Below are positions 23,532 to 27,983 of a stretch of DNA of 27,983 bases, in pieces (within the stretch, counting starts at the first letter, position 1; every line of letters begins with the position of its first letter). Location of the stretch: assembly GCF_000181795.1 (NCBI RefSeq), contig NW_003526945.1:3565116-3593098 (forward strand), written 5' to 3'. The notes under the pieces are model-generated. The model did not search any database, was not told the origin of the DNA, and worked only from the letters and a program-made list of their open reading frames with translations. The translations under genes were made by a program, and so were the position numbers. The DNA is from Trichinella spiralis (Eukaryota).

Positions 23532-23907
23532 ATGGCTATCAATTTGATGCAGCTACTCAGAAGATATAACTTGCCCACGTAAGTGTCATTGAATTTTTCT
23601 TGCGTGAATCTTTAATTTTGGATTAATTATAAAAGTATAAGATAATATTGCATATATTATCGTGTGAATCCTGACTGAAAGCTACTTGTTATTTTTTCTT
23701 TGCCAGTAAACGTTAATTTACAAATTGCTGTTGCTTGAAATCGTTGGAACTACACTGATTAAGTTGATGTAATTTAGGCCTTTTTCGTTGGCAATGTATG
23801 GTGCCGTTGGTGCTATGTGCGGCATTTACATCACTGATTGGAATGTAATCATTCGCTACATTCCATTTTATGGAAACAAATTGAATGAACCGAAGCGCTA
23901 CGGTTGA
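23532..23907 (+). CDS. UQCR11: Cytochrome b-c1 complex 6.4 kDa subunit (complex III subunit 10), 58 aa, two exons
   Basis: Exons 23532-23578 (donor gtaagt) and 23778-23907 give MAINLMQLLRRYNLPTPFSLAMYGAVGAMCGIYITDWNVIIRYIPFYGNKLNEPKRYG, matching the UQCR11 signature GAVGAVGLVWATDWRLILDWVPYINGK. TTTTCAG acceptor 9 nt before the ATG. Confidence 0.9.
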
Positions 23908-24161
23908 GCAGAACATTTTGAAGTTGTATTTTGGGCAATATATGGCAGTTAACTTTGCTAACTTTCGAGGAATTGTGATGTTTATCGACTGTTGATAGTA
24001 AATATTATTAGTTTAATGTGAAATTTTGTTTTCTGTGTTGTGCATTGTTTTTTGACATTTCTATATTTTTGAAGAGATTATTTTTGCATTGTTGAAAATT
24101 ACTTGTTTATTGTAGAAGATATTTTACAGAACAAAAAACGTATTGTATAAGGTTGTTTTAA

Positions 24162-25905
24162 ATGGCTGACAACTCTTCCAGGAACGTTTCCCAAAGCGCT
24201 GAAACTTCCACTGAGAGAAGCAGTTTGTCTGAAATTTACTTCAGGGCTTACTCCTCCGTGGACCAGGGTCTGTGGTTTGACGAAAATGGCCGACCGGACG
24301 TAGCAGTAGGCCTGTACGAGGGCGCTTTGGAGTTAATTGATAAAGCTGGCAACATGCCAGGCGCCACCGAGAATGAACATTATTTGAAAATGCTGACCGC
24401 CCGGGACATGGTGGTTGATCGTCTGCAGTGGCTGCGGTCTCGGTGCAGCGGAGAAGAGAAATCGCAAACTGCCGATGTCCAACCTCCAGCATGTTTTCTG
24501 GAAGCATTCGAACCTTGCCGAGACGCTGAGCTCATTTGTCAAATTGACGATGGCGTGCAATTGTTTTACATTTTGGGCGATGAAGCGACCATTCCATCCT
24601 ATCCTACGAAATTGCAGATTTTTAAGTAGTGAATATTTTGTATTTGTTGTGTTCTGTCCTTTGTATTGTTTTCTTTCTGTTTTTGGGATAAAATTTTTGA
24701 GCAGTAATTTTTTTAGGTATACCAAACCACCGCAGTCTGAAGGTGAATCAGAATTGAAAACAGTTGGTTTCATATCGGTCGGTTCTTGGGTTTATCCACT
24801 GTTGCCTGGTAAATCTCCGGTACTGCACAGCACTTTTGGTGCTTACATTTTTCCAAGTTGTTCCGAAGATCCTACAGGTTAAGTTAAATGAATCAGCATG
24901 TTCGTTATGTTTGCATGAACGATGTTTTTTGCTTGAATTTTGTTTTCAGATCCAAAAGTTGGATTAATGTTGCCTTCAAATTTGGATAAAGAAAAATTGA
25001 AACAATTCGAAGATATTATACACGAGTGCACAATGTGCGTTGATCAGCAAGAGCCTCTAAAATTAACCGAAACAGAGGAGAAGAGTTTGAGTGCGAAAAT
25101 TGCAAATTTTTTAGTTTCCGGTACATTCACGCATGAGAATATTGTTTGATTTATTAATTTACGTTGCCACTTGTTTAGGTGGTACGTATGTTGCTCTTGG
25201 CATTCGTGAGTGTGCTGAGAAAACGTCGGATATAATAGAACGGAAATCTTCAATTTTATCAAGTCGAGTCAATTTTTCTGAATCTAAATTGGCTGGCTAT
25301 CCACGTGTTCAGACTGGCGTTCACTATTTACGCAGAGGAAGTAAATTGGCTGTCAAAATCAGTGGCTATTTAGGCAAATAACCTTTATTTTTTACTTTAT
25401 GTTATTTTTAATTATATTTTTCGGAGTTTTTAGCAGATCAGGTAGGTGTAGCAGGGAGACGTCTTGGAAAGTTGTTAGCATCTGAAGCGAATAAGAGGAT
25501 GAAAAAGGGTGGTGTTGTATCGAAGGCAGTTTATGGTGCAGCTGAAGTAGCAAGTGGTGGTATCTGTGGTGCGGCAGCGGTTTGGGTTAGTATGGAAGAA
25601 GCGGCCAGGATTCTGGGTAAGAGCATTGCTAACGGCAGTGTGCGGATCATGGAACAAAAGTATGCATTTAAGTCAACTATTGGACAAGTAGATCTGAATG
25701 AATTTTTTTCAGATATGGTCCCTCGGCCGCTACTCTGACTGATGATGCCTTGCACACTTTGGGTTATTGCGGAGCGACGGCATGGAATGTTCACAACATT
25801 GGTCCGAAAGCTGTTGCAAAGGAAGCCGTCAAAGAAGCTGGGTTGTCTTTGTCGAAAGAAGCATCAGTGAAAGATTTGAAAAGGAAAAACCCATCACCTC
25901 CGTAA
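24162..25905 (+). CDS. SPART: Spartin (SPG20 homologue): N-terminal MIT domain plus C-terminal senescence domain
   Basis: Exons 24162-24625, 24717-24877, 24950-25120, 25179-25373, 25434-25659, 25713-25905 in frame. MIT-like AYSSVDQGLWFDE...LYEGALELI; GVQLFYI...PSYP; WVYPLLPGKSPVL...GAYIFP; senescence-domain VWVSMEEAARILGKSI...KYGPSAA...NIGPKAV. Confidence 0.92.
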
Positions 25906-26202
25906 TGTGCTAGCGGGTTAAGGTTTATAGTTTTTTTATCTTCTGATTTTCAGGTGATTAGCATACTACATATACAGATCACATATATGTGACGGTTGTT
26001 ATTTTAATGGATATTGTTAGGCGTTGGAGGCACAATATAGAAATGTTAGTAATTACTGTAGTTGAATAAAGGATTCAGTTCTTTGTTGCTAATTCTAAAT
26101 TGAATCAACTGGTATCAGACAATACCAGCCCATTGAATACTTTTCATAATTGCGTGTGATTTTTAAACTGACATTCTAGCAAAGAGTATTTCAAATAGAC
26201 AA

Positions 26203-26917
26203 ATGGAAATTGCTGAAACTGAAGATAAGAAGAAGAAGAAATTGCAACAGGAAAGTGGTTTTACGTTGGATGAGTCGACCGAACCAGGCATAATTTACAT
26301 GTCCACTATCCCCTATAGTATGACAGTAAAGCAGGTGCGAGATATACTGGAATGTTATGGAACGATTGGGAGAATTTATTTTCACAAAGAACAAGTGGAG
26401 GGAAAAAATGGCCAAAAGCGCAGAAAATACACGGAAGGATGGGTTGAGTTTGCTGACAAGCGTGTTGCGAAGCGAGTGGCAATGATGTTGAATAATAAAC
26501 AAGTCGGAGGACGGAAACGGAGCCGAGCTTATGAATGTTTGTGGAACATGAAATATTTGCACAGGTGAACAGTTGTATCACAGAACAGAGGTCTTAAGAA
26601 AAGAGCAATCCCTGGTAGCCATTATATTTTTTCTGCTTGATTTTAGATTCAAGTGGCATCATTTGACTGAACAGCTAGCTTATGAAAGAAACCTGCACAG
26701 ACAACGACTGCAGATGGAAGTTTCGCAGGCGAAACGGGAAGCAAGATTTTTTTCACAACAACTAGAGAAAGGCAAGCATCTCAGCAAATTGGAACAGCAT
26801 GTGTTGAAGAAGGGCGGTTTATGGGAACGATACCAACGGCAGATCAAGCAGCGAAAGCCGTTCGTTGAGAAGAAGGCTGTAGATCGGACAAAATTGTTGA
26901 AAAGTATTTTACAATAA
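26203..26917 (+). CDS. ABT1: Activator of basal transcription 1 / pre-rRNA processing factor Esf2 (RRM)
   Basis: Exons 26203-26564 and 26647-26917. Motifs PGIIYMSTIP, YTEGWVEFADKRVAKRVAMMLNNKQVGGRK, LWNMKYLHRFKWHHLTEQLAYE, QRLQMEVSQAKRE. An additional short 5' exon cannot be excluded. Confidence 0.93.
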
Positions 26918-27983
26918 GTTGAGTTGAATGAGAACTTTCTTTTTTTTACTGTTTTTCATTTATTATCTTACTGCATCATTTGTGTATTCTGTAACTGATG
27001 AAAAGGAAATTCAAGGATTAAAAGAAAAATACCTTTTATTTGGTAAGTGCTTTATAACAGTGAAAATTGAGAAAGAGATGTATTGTGTTAATGCAGTACT
27101 AGAAATTGAAAAAAGCGGTCAACGTAAGTTAAAATAAATCCTTCACAATGATAAATTGATCAGAAACAAAATATGATTTTATGCGTTATTTGAAACATCA
27201 CCAGTAATTGCAACAATCATAGCTCATCTGTATTAAAATTCACTTAAATCATAAAGCAAAATAAATAATTAATAATGAAAAATGATTAAAATGTAGCAAT
27301 GCATACTGCCATCACTAAAATGCTAAACGAGTGCGCAACTCCATGAAATAAGGACGTTACATTTTTTGAAATGATTAATTTTCAAAGTTTAAAACTAAAG
27401 ACAATCAAGTATTAACGAAAGAGCACTGAAATTTCATAAAGAACTTACATCAGTCTATCATCAAAAAATGTAGAATCAATTTTGAAATTCTTAATTTAAA
27501 AAATGAAAAATAAACAGAAATCGATGAAAATGAATTTTTGGAAACTTGAAAATCAATAGGAAGTGTTGGTCATAAGTGTTGCAATGAGAAGTGTTTATAT
27601 CTTTGGCAAAGCTACAATTAAATTTTCTACTCAAACAGAGAACATTAAGTAAATAAAGAACAATGAAAACAATACAGTAGCCATATTTATCAGCAGAAAT
27701 CAATAAAATAAAAATTTGCATGCTATGTCGCTAGCCTTATTGACCTAATAGAAATCATTTCAGTTTGAGGCCGTCCGTGGATGGTATCTCAGCGTTTTTG
27801 ATTGGAAAATTGACTGAAGACAAATATCAAAGCCTAACACTATTTTTGCTTTTTATTCATTATTACTTTTTGCAATATTTGCTGAAATACAATTATTGAA
27901 TGATCTCTCGAAGACCATGAACATTACACGATGAGAATATCGTCTCATTTAGACAGTAAGTAGACAATATTTTCATTTATTAG

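Noticed and set aside
23713..23916. 67-aa minus-strand ORF
   Set aside because: Antisense shadow of UQCR11 exon 2.
26928..27137. 69-aa ORF with hydrophobic start and a GTAAGT donor near 27043
   Set aside because: Starts only 11 nt after the ABT1 stop; the hydrophobic run is explained by T-rich 3' UTR, and I found no in-frame downstream exon.
27755..27840. Short GC-richer exon-like patch near the window end
   Set aside because: Could be the terminal exon of a gene outside the window, but strand and frame cannot be fixed.
1..27983. tRNA, rRNA, snRNA/SL RNA, CRISPR or transposon
   Set aside because: None recognised by eye. A covariance-model scan (tRNAscan-SE, Infernal/Rfam) is needed to exclude small RNA genes.

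Overview
AT-rich eukaryotic genomic DNA with short (mostly 40-150 nt) spliceosomal introns and TTTTCAG-like acceptors. It looks like a nematode, possibly clade I (Trichinella-like); that assignment is inference from gene architecture only. Splicing the exons by hand gives nine protein-coding genes: a divergent intron-containing histone H2A-fold protein (-), a ~850-aa protein with an MPRIP/TRIOBP/Outspread-like C-terminal coiled coil (+), VPS45 (+, 11 exons), an unknown 270-aa secreted prohormone/granin-like protein (+), HDAC11 with an intronless CDS (+), an LRP11-like MANSC-LDLa-TM receptor (-), and a tight same-strand trio UQCR11, spartin and ABT1 that may be an operon. UQCR11 is a 58-aa gene absent from the ORF track. 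The most notable points are the acidified H2A variant, the candidate peptide precursor, the candidate operon, two GC-AG introns and a recurring TGATTTTCAG|GT dual splice motif. I saw no tRNA, rRNA, CRISPR or mobile element. Family assignments come from remembered motifs, not database searches.
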